Of a stretch of DNA of 64,000 nt, positions 25,701-36,147 are shown one piece after another; position 1 is the first letter of the stretch, and the number at the start of each line of letters is the position of its first letter. Under the pieces are notes generated by a model. The model saw only the letters and a program-made list of their open reading frames with translations, was not told the DNA's origin and did not search any database. Origin of the DNA: Leptogorgia sarmentosa (taxonomy: Eukaryota); contig OZ210885.1 of assembly GCA_964658305.1 (NCBI GenBank), forward strand, positions 15,872,001 to 15,936,000, read 5' to 3'. Both the position numbers and the translations under genes were made by a program.

Positions 25701-28700
25701 TCACTGTTCGTCGCTCTCTGCGATGTCCTGCATGCGTAGTGTCGCTGCCGCATCTCTCGTTGCTCGTGGTACAAAGGTGGATGCCGTGGGGTCGGGTTTC
25801 CTAAAATTCTCTACGTCGCAGGTTAATTCCAAGGGGTAAAGGTGTTGAATTGGTCTTTCGAGCTCCCCGTTAGCCGTCTTCACTCTCGTTCCCCGAACAA
25901 CTCCGTCTTTTCCTTTGATATTTTCCTTCACAACTCCGAGCTTCCATGTGTTTCTGTTTTTGCTCTCGTCCTTGATGATTACCGCCATGCCTTTCCGTGG
26001 TGTAATGGTCTGCTTGCCGCCCCCGTTCACGTGACGTTCACGTAGTCCTTTGATGTACTCACGAGACCATCGCTTCCAGACTGATTCCTTGCACTTGATC
26101 AAGAATTTCGCGCGCTTTCGTAAATCTCGACTTTCGACGTGGTGGGGTTTTAACTCGGGTAGGACACTCGGGTTGACGTTCAGCATTGAATTTGGGGTAA
26201 GTACCGGCAGCTCAACATCGTCTTCAACGTAACTTAATGGTCGGTTGTTCAGCGCAACTTCGACATCGAGAATTACTTCAGACAATTCTTCCCACGACAA
26301 CTTGTTGCTACCGATAGCCTTGTAGAAGGCACGTTTGAAAAGACCAATCAGCCTTTCAAACTGCCCTCCCCACCATGGAGCTCGGCTTAGATTGAACCTC
26401 CAATGAATCCCACGATCTACCAGGAACGCGTGGAACTTTTCGTCTATTCGTACTCTGTTGAGCCACTTGTCTGCTGCTTTAAAGGTTGCGGCGTTATCTG
26501 AATAGATAACCTCGGGTCGACCTCGTCTCGCAATCAATCTCTTAAGGCTGGGTAGAAACTCTTCCACTTCTAGGGATTTTAGAACTTCGAGGTGGACTGC
26601 ACGGGTTAGACTGCAACCGTATAACACCAGATATGCCTTCTTTTGAGCCTTTGCTTTGGACTGGTAGCGGATTGGTCCCGCGAAATCTACTCCCAGGACT
26701 TGGAAGGGCGCCGAGCCTTCAGTTCGCGTAATTGGTAGTTTCCCCGGTGGTGGCTTTAGGTATGCTTGGCTTCTGAATTTCACGCATCCGAAACACTGGC
26801 TTCGAATTTTCTTTACCGTCCGCCGTAACCTTGGTACCCAGTACCGCTCTCTTACTCGTGCCATGGTTGAGGCTACTCCCCCGTGGAGTGTCGTTAGATG
26901 TGCCTGTTCCACGACCCTTTTCGTAAAGGTGCTGTTCTCTGGTAGGAATATTGGGTACTCCCCTACTATTCTTCCTCTACATTCGAGAATTCCAACGTCA
27001 TTGGGTTGCAAATTCAGCATCACCTTCATGCTTTCGACTTCGCCGTTGTTAACCGCTTCTTGCTGCACACGTTTTATCCACCAGACAGTTTGGTTCTCTA
27101 CTTCACTTGTCTTCAGTGGACCATACTCCCGTTCATCACTGTAGCGTTTCCGAATCCGACTATTACGACCGAACCGTTGGATCCACGCACAAATTCTGAG
27201 GGCCTTTCGCAGCGGATATGATTCTAGAAGCTTGTCGAACTCGTCTTGGTTTGGGCTCGAGGTCACTAACGCTTGAATCCTGCGTGTGCACTTCGATTCT
27301 TCGGTTGTTTCTCGACTTGGCTGCAGTGTTATCTCAGGTGGCCACTCTGCTTTGTCGTTTAACCATTTCGGACCATGTCGCCACAATTCGTTGGTGATAA
27401 CGTCTCCGCCACGGCTTCCGAGATCTGCTGGGTTTTGGTCTGTTGGTACATGGTGCCAGGTTACCCGTTCGTGTTCACGAATTTTCCTCACACGGTTGGC
27501 AACGAATTGACGATACTCGCCCTGTCCATTGATCCAGTACAACGCCACTGTAGAGTCCAGCCAGCAATGTATCTCCGTCACTTTCTCGAGCCCTATGGCC
27601 GTCTCAACGTTAGTCACCAGATTCACCGCCATATGTCCAGCTACGAGCTCCAGCCGTGGAATCGTGAGATTCTGTTTTGCTAGCCGTGCCTTGGCACTGA
27701 CCAAGCCTTGAGTGGTCGTTTGGTTTTGCTCGACAACGGCGTAGACAACCGCGGCGACTCCGTTCTTGCTGGCGTCCCCAAATGCATGTAAAGTGATTGC
27801 ATTGATGGGATGGTGAAGAGGGGCCAAAGGTCGCGGTACTTCGAAGCGGGGAGGTAGATGTAGGCACCACTCCTTCCACTGCTTAGCGATCTCTTCCGGA
27901 AGCTCGCCGTCCCAGGGATGATGAGCTTCGCACATTTTACGATAAAGGAGCTTTCCAAGCAGCGTCGTTGGGGAGATCAAGCCGAGGGGGTCGTACACAC
28001 TAGCAAGTTGTGAAAGGGCTCCTCTTTTCGTGGTGGCTGGCTCCTTCTGCTCGGTCACGACGCTCAACGTGTCTTCTGTCTTATTCCAGGAGAGCCCGAG
28101 TAGCTTTGTTTCCGCGCGTTTCATTCCCAACAGCCGTTTAGCAAAGGTGCATTCGTCATCGTCGGTCGATTTCTCGTTGGAATTCGGTTCATCACTCTCG
28201 AGATTCCTAACGTTTGAGTGCCACTTATGCAATTTGAACTTCGCGTCTTCGAAGACTTCGATTGCCTTGATCTTCTTCTCCTTTACCTCCTCTGCACTCG
28301 TCCCGCCCGTCATCAAATCATCGACGTAAAGCCCCTTCCGCATTTCTTCTACGAGACGAGGATATCTTTGCTCCCATGACTTCAAGTGTTCGTTTAGAAC
28401 TCCACCCAATAGGAATGGGGAGCATGTAAGCCCGAACAATGCTCTGGTGAAACGATACACAGCTGTTTCGTCACTTCCGGGGGACTTCCAATGGAATCTC
28501 AAGGCATCTCGTTCATCCTGTTTGATTCTCACCTGCAGGAACGCTTTCTCGAGGTCACCAGTGAGAAGGACAGGTAGGAATCTGGAGCGGACAAGTATGG
28601 ACCAAAGCAGGTTTTGGAGGGTTGGCCCAGGATTAAGGCAGTCGTTTAGAGACGGTTGATTGTTAGAGGCTTTCGCTGAGGCGTCGTACACAATACGGAG

Positions 28701-30914
28701 TTTTGTGCTCTCTGCACTCGTTTTCACCACTGCTTTGTGCGGAATGTAGAATTCCTTCTTTGTTGGGTTTGCTGGCGCTGTCTCGATGACCCCTTGTTTC
28801 AACTGGTCCTGGATGATTTCGTCGTATTGTTCGTAGGTTCCGTTTCGCTTAAGTCGTTTGACGAGATTGTCCAGTCTCCGTCGACTTCCGTCTTCGTTCG
28901 TTGGTAGGTCTGGATGGCTAGGCTTCCAGGGTAGGTTAGTCTCATACCATCCCGCAGGATCTCTCTTCAGTTGCTCTTTGAAATCCTCGTACACGGTGTC
29001 TTGGTTCTCCGAGGTGTCTGCAAGTCCTAAGACGTCCAGGCGACATAGATTTTCGAAATCAGCGCGCGACGTTTGCGTTAACAGCATGGTGCCTTTGTCG
29101 AACTCTGCCCCAGGGCTCATGATGGACCACCCGAATTTCGTGTGCTCTGCTACGGGTTCACCAGGACCACCCACGAGAGGCTTCGATCCCGTCTTGATTC
29201 GAGCATATTCGCTTACACCAAGTATGATGTGTATTGGTAATTTCTCTTTCGTGTCATTGTCGTCCATTCGAACTGTGTTGAGGTGTTGATGGCGTTTAAT
29301 AAGTGTATCATAATCCGGATTATTGATTGTCAAGAGTTCACTCTTGTTGACTTTAGTTAGCTTCGCATCTAATTTAAAACTTCCGTCTACCGAGCTAATC
29401 TCCGTGTCATAGATTTCCATTTGCGCAGTTTTGGAGTTCATTAACATGTCAATTTGCTGCAGTTTAGTTTCGCTAGGTTTTATCTTGAGAGTGTCAATCA
29501 TCTTAGCTGATACATAAGAGCTCCCGGCGCCTGAGTCAATTAGAGCTCGACACATTAATCCATTAACTTTGACAACTACGACTGGGAAAACACCGTCCCC
29601 ACTTACACCATCCCCACTTACACCATCCGTCATCATCTTCTTATTAACTTGGCCATTTTCGTTCTTCACCTCACAAATGGAAGTATGATGACGTCTGTTG
29701 CAGTGGCCGCAGGATACTTTGCTAGAACATTCTGAGGCGCGGTGCCTTTTCGTTGCGCAATTGAAACAGAGGCCGTTTTTCGCTAGGATTCCCTTTCGCG
29801 TTTTTACATCAGTGATTTTCTCGCATTGGACCGCTTTATGCCCCGCGTCGCCACAATAAACACAACCCCGGGGTTTAAAATCACCGTCCCTGGCGTGAAA
29901 CGACTTCCTACGGTTGGGCTCGTCCCGATCATTGCTCAGTATGGGGTTCCTTTTCACCCATTGCTTCAAGGCGTTCGTTAGCTTCCCAAAATCCCAAGAC
30001 TCCCATTCGGGGTCGGTGCGTACCAGATCCCCCCGAATTCCTGACAGTTTTTCCAAGGTCATGGAAACATTTCCGCTTATGTGGCTCAGTTCCCCCATTG
30101 TCTCGAGGGCCTGGACTGAATGGGACAGTTTTTCATAAAATTCTGCTACTCTACGAGGGTTGGAATTAGTTATGTTCGGTAAATCTAGAATCTCCTTCAC
30201 ACGACACTTTATAATTTCAGACTGTTTGCCATATCTGTCTTTAAGTATGGCTGTCGCGCGATTATAACCTTCCAAGGAGAAGGGCAGGGCTTCAACAGTA
30301 CGTTTAACTTTCGGTTCGAGTAATTCTAATAGGTATGTTAATTTACTAATTGGGGCGATCGAACTTTTATCAATTGCCTCGGAGAATTGACCCCAAAATC
30401 TGGGCCAATCCATGTAGGACCCATCAAATTTTGATATCACGAGTTTTGGCAATTTCGCAAGTTTAATCCCAGATGCTTCGAATTCCACAGCTTCCGACTG
30501 CTTTTGGGGCACGTTAAGCTCTGCCTGCATTTTTAACTTTTTCTCATGCATTGCCATTTCTAATTTAAACAACTCCTCTTGGGCTACAAACTTCTCATTA
30601 CGTTCGCTTTCAGTCAACCATTGTTCAAGCCGAGTCACTTCGTTATCTGCGATTTCGAGCTTGCCCTCGATTTCAACATTCCATTCGTCGATTTTCGTAA
30701 CATCTTCTTTATTACTAATTTTTTGTGCTTCGACAGTGCCTTTGCACTGGTTTGCTTCTCGAATGATAGTTTGTAGCGTTCCGAGATGTCGTTTAATGGG
30801 TTGACGCTTACCTGCATCCAAAATCTTGCCTGTTCTTTTCACGGCCATGGTCAGTTGGGTAAGCTTCGTAGACAGATTCGTCTCTACATTCATCTCCATG
30901 CTGGTTCTTCTCAA
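25701..30914 (-). CDS. BEL/Pao gag-pol polyprotein (1737 aa)
   Basis: LPKLVISKFDG..WPRFW gag, three Cys/His knuckles, protease ALIDSGAGSSY, RT GDLEKAF/LYVDD, RNase H FGDAS, integrase H..H..C..C with VDFAGP/SDNA/ERL. Order PR-RT-RH-IN; no stops. Confidence 0.97.
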   Translation of the reverse strand: MRRTSMEMNVETNLSTKLTQLTMAVKRTGKILDAGKRQPIKRHLGTLQTIIREANQCKGTVEAQKISNKEDVTKIDEWNVEIEGKLEIADNEVTRLEQWLTESERNEKFVAQEELFKLEMAMHEKKLKMQAELNVPQKQSEAVEFEASGIKLAKLPKLVISKFDGSYMDWPRFWGQFSEAIDKSSIAPISKLTYLLELLEPKVKRTVEALPFSLEGYNRATAILKDRYGKQSEIIKCRVKEILDLPNITNSNPRRVAEFYEKLSHSVQALETMGELSHISGNVSMTLEKLSGIRGDLVRTDPEWESWDFGKLTNALKQWVKRNPILSNDRDEPNRRKSFHARDGDFKPRGCVYCGDAGHKAVQCEKITDVKTRKGILAKNGLCFNCATKRHRASECSSKVSCGHCNRRHHTSICEVKNENGQVNKKMMTDGVSGDGVSGDGVFPVVVVKVNGLMCRALIDSGAGSSYVSAKMIDTLKIKPSETKLQQIDMLMNSKTAQMEIYDTEISSVDGSFKLDAKLTKVNKSELLTINNPDYDTLIKRHQHLNTVRMDDNDTKEKLPIHIILGVSEYARIKTGSKPLVGGPGEPVAEHTKFGWSIMSPGAEFDKGTMLLTQTSRADFENLCRLDVLGLADTSENQDTVYEDFKEQLKRDPAGWYETNLPWKPSHPDLPTNEDGSRRRLDNLVKRLKRNGTYEQYDEIIQDQLKQGVIETAPANPTKKEFYIPHKAVVKTSAESTKLRIVYDASAKASNNQPSLNDCLNPGPTLQNLLWSILVRSRFLPVLLTGDLEKAFLQVRIKQDERDALRFHWKSPGSDETAVYRFTRALFGLTCSPFLLGGVLNEHLKSWEQRYPRLVEEMRKGLYVDDLMTGGTSAEEVKEKKIKAIEVFEDAKFKLHKWHSNVRNLESDEPNSNEKSTDDDECTFAKRLLGMKRAETKLLGLSWNKTEDTLSVVTEQKEPATTKRGALSQLASVYDPLGLISPTTLLGKLLYRKMCEAHHPWDGELPEEIAKQWKEWCLHLPPRFEVPRPLAPLHHPINAITLHAFGDASKNGVAAVVYAVVEQNQTTTQGLVSAKARLAKQNLTIPRLELVAGHMAVNLVTNVETAIGLEKVTEIHCWLDSTVALYWINGQGEYRQFVANRVRKIREHERVTWHHVPTDQNPADLGSRGGDVITNELWRHGPKWLNDKAEWPPEITLQPSRETTEESKCTRRIQALVTSSPNQDEFDKLLESYPLRKALRICAWIQRFGRNSRIRKRYSDEREYGPLKTSEVENQTVWWIKRVQQEAVNNGEVESMKVMLNLQPNDVGILECRGRIVGEYPIFLPENSTFTKRVVEQAHLTTLHGGVASTMARVRERYWVPRLRRTVKKIRSQCFGCVKFRSQAYLKPPPGKLPITRTEGSAPFQVLGVDFAGPIRYQSKAKAQKKAYLVLYGCSLTRAVHLEVLKSLEVEEFLPSLKRLIARRGRPEVIYSDNAATFKAADKWLNRVRIDEKFHAFLVDRGIHWRFNLSRAPWWGGQFERLIGLFKRAFYKAIGSNKLSWEELSEVILDVEVALNNRPLSYVEDDVELPVLTPNSMLNVNPSVLPELKPHHVESRDLRKRAKFLIKCKESVWKRWSREYIKGLRERHVNGGGKQTITPRKGMAVIIKDESKNRNTWKLGVVKENIKGKDGVVRGTRVKTANGELERPIQHLYPLELTCDVENFRKPDPTASTFVPRATRDAAATLRMQDIAESDEQ

Positions 30915-30954
30915 TAACTGGCGATACAGCTATCCCGTCTCGGAGGTGCCACTT

Positions 30955-31220
30955 TGTCGAGAATGTTGCCTCCAAACTGTAGTCCTCGACTAAGTCACTC
31001 ACTTCGGTTTGAATTGTATTTATTATTTACTATAAAAACTCACTAGCGCACGGGCTATTATTTCACATTCACACTCAAACGGTCGTTTTGACACACAAAC
31101 TCACACTCTACTCACTAGCCTACAATCGACTCTATCTATAGTGAGCCAAATCGAGGCTCACACGTCACAGATGGTTACATAATAATCATAATAATCCTAA
31201 CTAGCCCCCAGTCTCCGACA
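30955..31220 (-). repeat. 5' LTR of the BEL element
   Basis: Direct repeat of 25262-25527; I see one substitution (CACGTTC vs CACATTC). Confidence 0.97.
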
Positions 31221-33394
31221 ATGTATCTGAAAATAACTATTGTAGGCCTTAGCTTTCGAAACAAAGCTGGATTAATAAAAACGAACCAAAAGATAGCTCA
31301 TAGACAAATTCATATCTATGCAAAGAATCTTTTACGGGAATTAGATATACTTGAAAGCTTCAATGAATATATGAAAACATTGGAAACTTTAGAACATATC
31401 TGTTTGCAATACAAAAATAGTCATACAAATTTGACCTTGCTTGGCGACTTCAATTCACATATCGAAGAAAACAAAGTAGGCCAAAAATAGAACAAACGTG
31501 CTATAAAATTACAATCGTTATGCAATAAACTTAATTTGGTTCCTGTGAACTTATTCCCTTTCTGTGACTCCCCACAACTCACATATTTGTCAGCCACAGG
31601 CAATTCCATTATTGACTATGTCATTTTGGACAAAGACCTGGTGCAGCACATGAAGTCTGTCCGAGTACTAAATGAACATCCAGATAACGTTGGCCTATCA
31701 CTTGCCATTAATAATCGAGCTATGTAAAACAGTGACAGAAAATTATAAGCAATCAAAGGATGAGGCTAACCAAAATGATATGTCTGAGTATGACAATATC
31801 TGTTGGAAAAAATGTTCTGCGGACATATTGAATATATACAATTATAACTTAACCACCTCGGTCTCTGAAATCTTGAACAGTGAATATAGTGATGCAAATA
31901 ATCTGTGCAATGATATATGCAAAGCAATTAAAAGTGCTGACGCTGTCTTGCCCAGAGTCAGATACAGAAAGCATGTAAAACCTTTTTGGACTAGCACACT
32001 TAAAAACTTAAGGAAAGCAGTGATGGCTGCAAGATTGGAGTGGATGCAAAATGGATCTTCAAGATGCTTGAATAATATTTATCATAGACAATATAAGAAA
32101 GCTAAATGCAATTACAGACAAGAACAAAGAAGAGCAGTTTGGGAATTCGAGAGAAAGGAATTTGATGAAATAGCTTATTCGAACGAGCTAAATCAAGAAA
32201 AATTTTGGAGATTGCTTACGAACAGACTAAGTAAAAAAAGCAAAAAGGGCAAAATAACTGTTCTAGAAAAGGATGAAAAGGTATACAGTAATCCGCAAGT
32301 GATAGCCGATCTTTGGGCTGATTACTATGAAAAACTAGCAACACCAACTAAAGACAAGCGATTTGACGATATGAATACGCAAGTTATGGATATCTTACAA
32401 TGCTCGGAGTTTAAACAAGATTATATATTTAGTACTCCGATTACCACGGAAGAAATAAATAGAATTGTGAAGAATTTACCCAACGACAAAGCACCTGGAA
32501 TCGATGGAATAACTTATGAGCACATAAAGTATGGAGGATTAGCTGTTATTGATGCCCTATTTAAACTTTTCAACCTGATTATCTGGACTGAGAAAATCCC
32601 TGACTGTTTCAAATTGGCGATAAAAATACCAATTCTGAAAGATAATAAAAATTCTCGATCATTCGACAATCACCGAGGGATAAGCTTACCATTGAGTGTG
32701 AATAAAATTCTTGAACGAATTGTTTTATCACGACTATTAAGGGAATCGAAGCATGGACATCATCCACTTCAAGGAGGCTATCAAAAACAACAAGATGCTT
32801 TTTAACAACATGTTTTACGATCGAAGAAGTTATTAACCAATGTTTGAAAGAAAAGAAAAAGTCTATGTCGCCTATATGGATATCAGTAAAGCGTCTGACA
32901 CTATGGGAATTAATTCTATGCTTTTTAAGTTGTATCATAATAAAGGTATCTGTGGCAAAGCTTGGCGACTTATAAGAGAATGGTATACTGATATGGCAGA
33001 ATTTGTGCGTATCGAAGGGAAAAGTTCTAGAACATATATCATTCAACAAGGAACAAGGCAAGGCAGTGTCCTGTCGCCCTGGCTTTTCCAGGTCTTTATT
33101 GATGATTTAATTGAGGAACTACAGAGCACAGACGCTGGGATCTCTTTACATACTGTTTATCTGGGATCGCCTATGTTTGCAGACTACCTGACTATGCTTT
33201 CGCGAAAGAAACCAGGGTTGGACAAATTATTACAAACTTCGTGGGAATACAGTAAAAAATGGCAATTTACATTTAACATTAACCTTTGGTGAGAAGCGGG
33301 AAGAGCATGTTACAAATTGTGGTATTAGAAAATGGAAACTTGGCTCTCTGGACATAAGCGAAAAAGACACTTGGTTAAATTTGGGGAAAATCTG

Positions 33395-33634
33395 GGGCCG
33401 GTTGTTCGAAAGGTGGATAGCGCTATCCATTGGATAGCGATTTTTTCAAGCTTCCCAAAACAACCTGTTGATCACTCTTATTTAGATTAAACTTTGATAT
33501 TTTAAAGTTGGACTTTCTCTCAATTACTTGCCAGGCCCACATCTGCAATTTCATAGCTTTTTGAACATTTTTACAACGGTTGAAAAAATCACTATCCAGT
33601 GGATAAAGTTATCCGACTTTCGAACAACCGGCCC
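33395..33634. mobile_element. PIF/Harbinger-type MITE (240 bp)
   Basis: TIRs GGGCCGGTTGTTCGAAAG / CTTTCGAACAACCGGCCC with 3-bp TSD CTG. Removal restores LINE frame GKIWDISG. Confidence 0.9.
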
Positions 33635-33861
33635 CTGGGATATAAGTGGAAACTCTTCAACGGTTATCTCAAGGGCAATTGGCAGAGGAAGAGAGGCTTG
33701 CTTCTTTCTAATGAGCCTTGGATCAAGGTATGGTGGGTTGAATCCTATCATTGCATCATGATTGGTATTCCTAAATTTCTTTAAGGATCCGAACTTTGGA
33801 CGTTAAGTAAAAGCGATCTTATCGAATTGGAACACGTCCAAAATATTATGCTGCGCATAAT

Positions 33862-34190
33862 TAACAATTATTGGATGAGGTTTTTATGCGGAATTATCAA
33901 GGTTGAGGTTAGGTAAGCGTTATTCAATAATTCAATAATAATACCGAATTTAATAATTGTTTTATTATACATTTGAAGAATAATAAACAATATTAACACA
34001 TGAAAAACTTTATTTATGAAAACATGGGCTCATTTTGTACCTAATTAGTTATCTGCTAGCAGATAACTCAGTTAAACTTATAATTCAGTTATCTGCTAGC
34101 AGATAACTGGATTTCCTGTGGGTTGTGTGATTGTGTGATTTAACTGTATGCTCTTAGCCAATCAGATTGTTTACCATCTACAATGTATAA
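33862..34190. mobile_element. Non-coding insertion without TIRs, containing palindromes (possibly Crypton-like non-autonomous)
   Basis: Interrupts LINE ORF2 between two copies of ATTATGCTGCGCATAAT. Contains two perfect palindromes AGTTATCTGCTAGCAGATAACT. Its start resembles ~57391-57435. Confidence 0.5.
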
Positions 34191-34799
34191 TAATGCAGAT
34201 TATGCTGCGCATAATGCAGGGCCTTCTCCCTGGTACATCTGGTTCAGCAGCAAGAGGACTTTTGGGAATATTATCAATTGAAGCTGAAATAGATAAACGT
34301 AAATTGAGAAGGTTGATTAACATCGGTGCTGGTGTACTATGCCGACGTGTCTTTCTTTAGAATGGCTCATTGGAAATGGAATCACAGAAATAAAACATAC
34401 GGCTTTGTACCGTATATAGTGAGCGTTTTGACAAAATATGATCTTTTGGATTACTTGATGAAATTTATTTCAACAAACTGTTTTCCCACGAAGAAGCATT
34501 GGAAACGGACTGTAAACCAGCATCTATATGAAAAGAACAATTCGAAAAGAGAAAATCGAAAAAAATGAGCAATTATACTTCTATTCTCAGGTCCATACGG
34601 AGAACAAGACTTCTCAATGGTGGTTTCTTGCAAAAGAGTATCCCAAGTATCTTCCAGAAATAACTAATGTGATAAGACTGCTGTGTGGGTCATACAAGAT
34701 CAGAGGGAAACGCATTTCCAACCCAGTTGTATACACAGACGTTTGTGATATTTGCCAAAAGAATTTTGTTAACCCGGTAAACCTACGTTGTTGTATTGT

Positions 34800-35274
34800 A
34801 TGGAAACCACACGTTGTATTGGAAAAAAATCAACAATTGAATGAGTTATTTGTTAAAACAAGTGAATCAACTATGGCTGGAAATAGCAATAGCTTTGTTG
34901 CAGTTACTGAGGTTGAGCAGGTAGAACTATTAAGCTGCTTAGAAAAACTGGAATCGAAGTTTACAGCGTTTACAGCAGAATGTTCTGCTTCAATGAGTGT
35001 AATGAAGAGCGAGATTGAAGAGCTACGAAACAGTTTAAAATTGAGGGACACGAAAATTGAATTGCTGGAAGCTGAAATTGCTTCTCTGAAAACCTGTTGC
35101 AAAGTAAATAATGAACGTGCAACAGAAAATGTGAAAGAACTCGGTTTTGAACTTGGTCTTGCTAAAGGCAAAATACAAAACGTTGAACAAAGGCTTGTAA
35201 AATTGACTAAAACCTTTGATCAAAGTATAAACAAGGAAAATGTGCATAAAGGGCACACAAAAAAAGACAATTAA
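34800..35274 (+). pseudogene. Coiled-coil fragment, probably ORF1 of another LINE
   Basis: Heptad-rich MKSEIEELRNSLKLRDTKIELLEAEIASLK, fused to the end of the preceding LINE. Confidence 0.45.
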
Positions 35275-35600
35275 CACTTATTGACTGGGCCCTGGAAACA
35301 CACTGGTTTCCCGAGGGCCCAGTAAATAAGTGCTTTATTATATACCAATCGTCGAAGAAACGATAAAATAAAGCGGAACAAGTGAACAAGAATGAACGAA
35401 ATATTTTATTCTTAAAATATTAAATTAAATTAAAACATTAGCAGGTCGTCCAAAGGTCGCGTCTTCACGTGATGGCCCACGTGATTTTTTGTTGTTGTTC
35501 ACCGGTGAATAACGTATTATCTCCCTCTCTTGCTGATGCGAGGGAGACAGTCTAATTTTGTCACTCTCACATGATACGCTCTCGACCAATGAAACAGAAG
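35275..35600. repeat. Non-coding repeat beginning with a ~57-bp hairpin
   Basis: CACTTATTGACTGGGCCCT.GGAAAC / GTTTCCCGAGGGCCCAGTAAATAAGTG form inverted arms (35275-35331). Confidence 0.5.
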
Positions 35601-35689
35601 AAAAGAGAAACTTTGACGATTGGTATATAATAAAAATGTATCTTCCATGGGAATCACAGCTGAGGTGATTAACACAAGGCAAGCAATGG

Positions 35690-36031
35690 AAGGATTCTGG
35701 AATGATACAAATTGTTCGTTGGAAGTATAGGAGGAAAATTTCGACTGGTTTTGTAGCTGATGTGATGAGGATCGTGTTCAAACATAGTTTGTGGCCATAC
35801 ATTGAAAATTTTCTTGATGATGGCGTGTTTCCGACTTATGCCCAATGGAAAAGACTTGTACTCAATGCGATCCAAGCTACCGAGGACACATGGAAAGAAA
35901 GACTTGCTTCAAAGGGGATGGATCGATATCTGCACGTGCATGGAGAGTTACGAGCCTCTTCTTGGTACTTCTTACCTAAGCGTCAACCGGTTATCAGAAC
36001 GTGTGTGATGACAATACTAAGGCTGCTATAG
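35690..36031 (+). pseudogene. LINE ORF2 C-terminal fragment
   Basis: GFVADVMRIVFKHSLWPYIENFLDDGVFPTYAQWKRLV parallels GFVPYIVSVLTKYDLLDYLMKFISTNCFPTKKHWKRTV at 34326-34568. Confidence 0.7.
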
Positions 36032-36147
36032 AACTCATTTGTGGTTAGTAACCCAATTTAAAAAAAATCGCATAATACAGTGGTATAATATAATGAATGT
36101 AATATGTTATACTTAATTACTTTAACACATGAATTGCTGAGCGTGTT

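Larger units (their letters stand above)
25262..31220 (-). mobile_element. Intact BEL/Pao LTR retrotransposon
   Basis: Two 266-bp TG..CA LTRs, ATGT on both flanks, PBS-like TGGCACCTCCGAGACGGGA next to the 5' LTR, PPT TGGGGGAGTG next to the 3' LTR, and a single long ORF. Confidence 0.97.
18490..34800 (+). mobile_element. Decayed non-LTR retrotransposon (ORF1 + APE-RT ORF2, possibly RTEX-like) split by four later insertions
   Basis: ORF1 coiled coil at 18490-18855, continuing 24629-25261 (RIYLGGVREG...VAVRINV). ORF2 at ~31225-34800 shows LLGDFNSH, IIDYVIL, KAPGIDGITYEH, QGTRQGSVLSPWLF, SPMFADY and a C-terminal CDIC. The pieces rejoin across the TSDs. Confidence 0.8.

Noticed and set aside
25842..30817. 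Many short ORFs overlapping the BEL polyprotein (likewise within the hAT, DIRS and MULE genes)
   Set aside because: Antisense or alternate-frame shadows of the real coding sequence.
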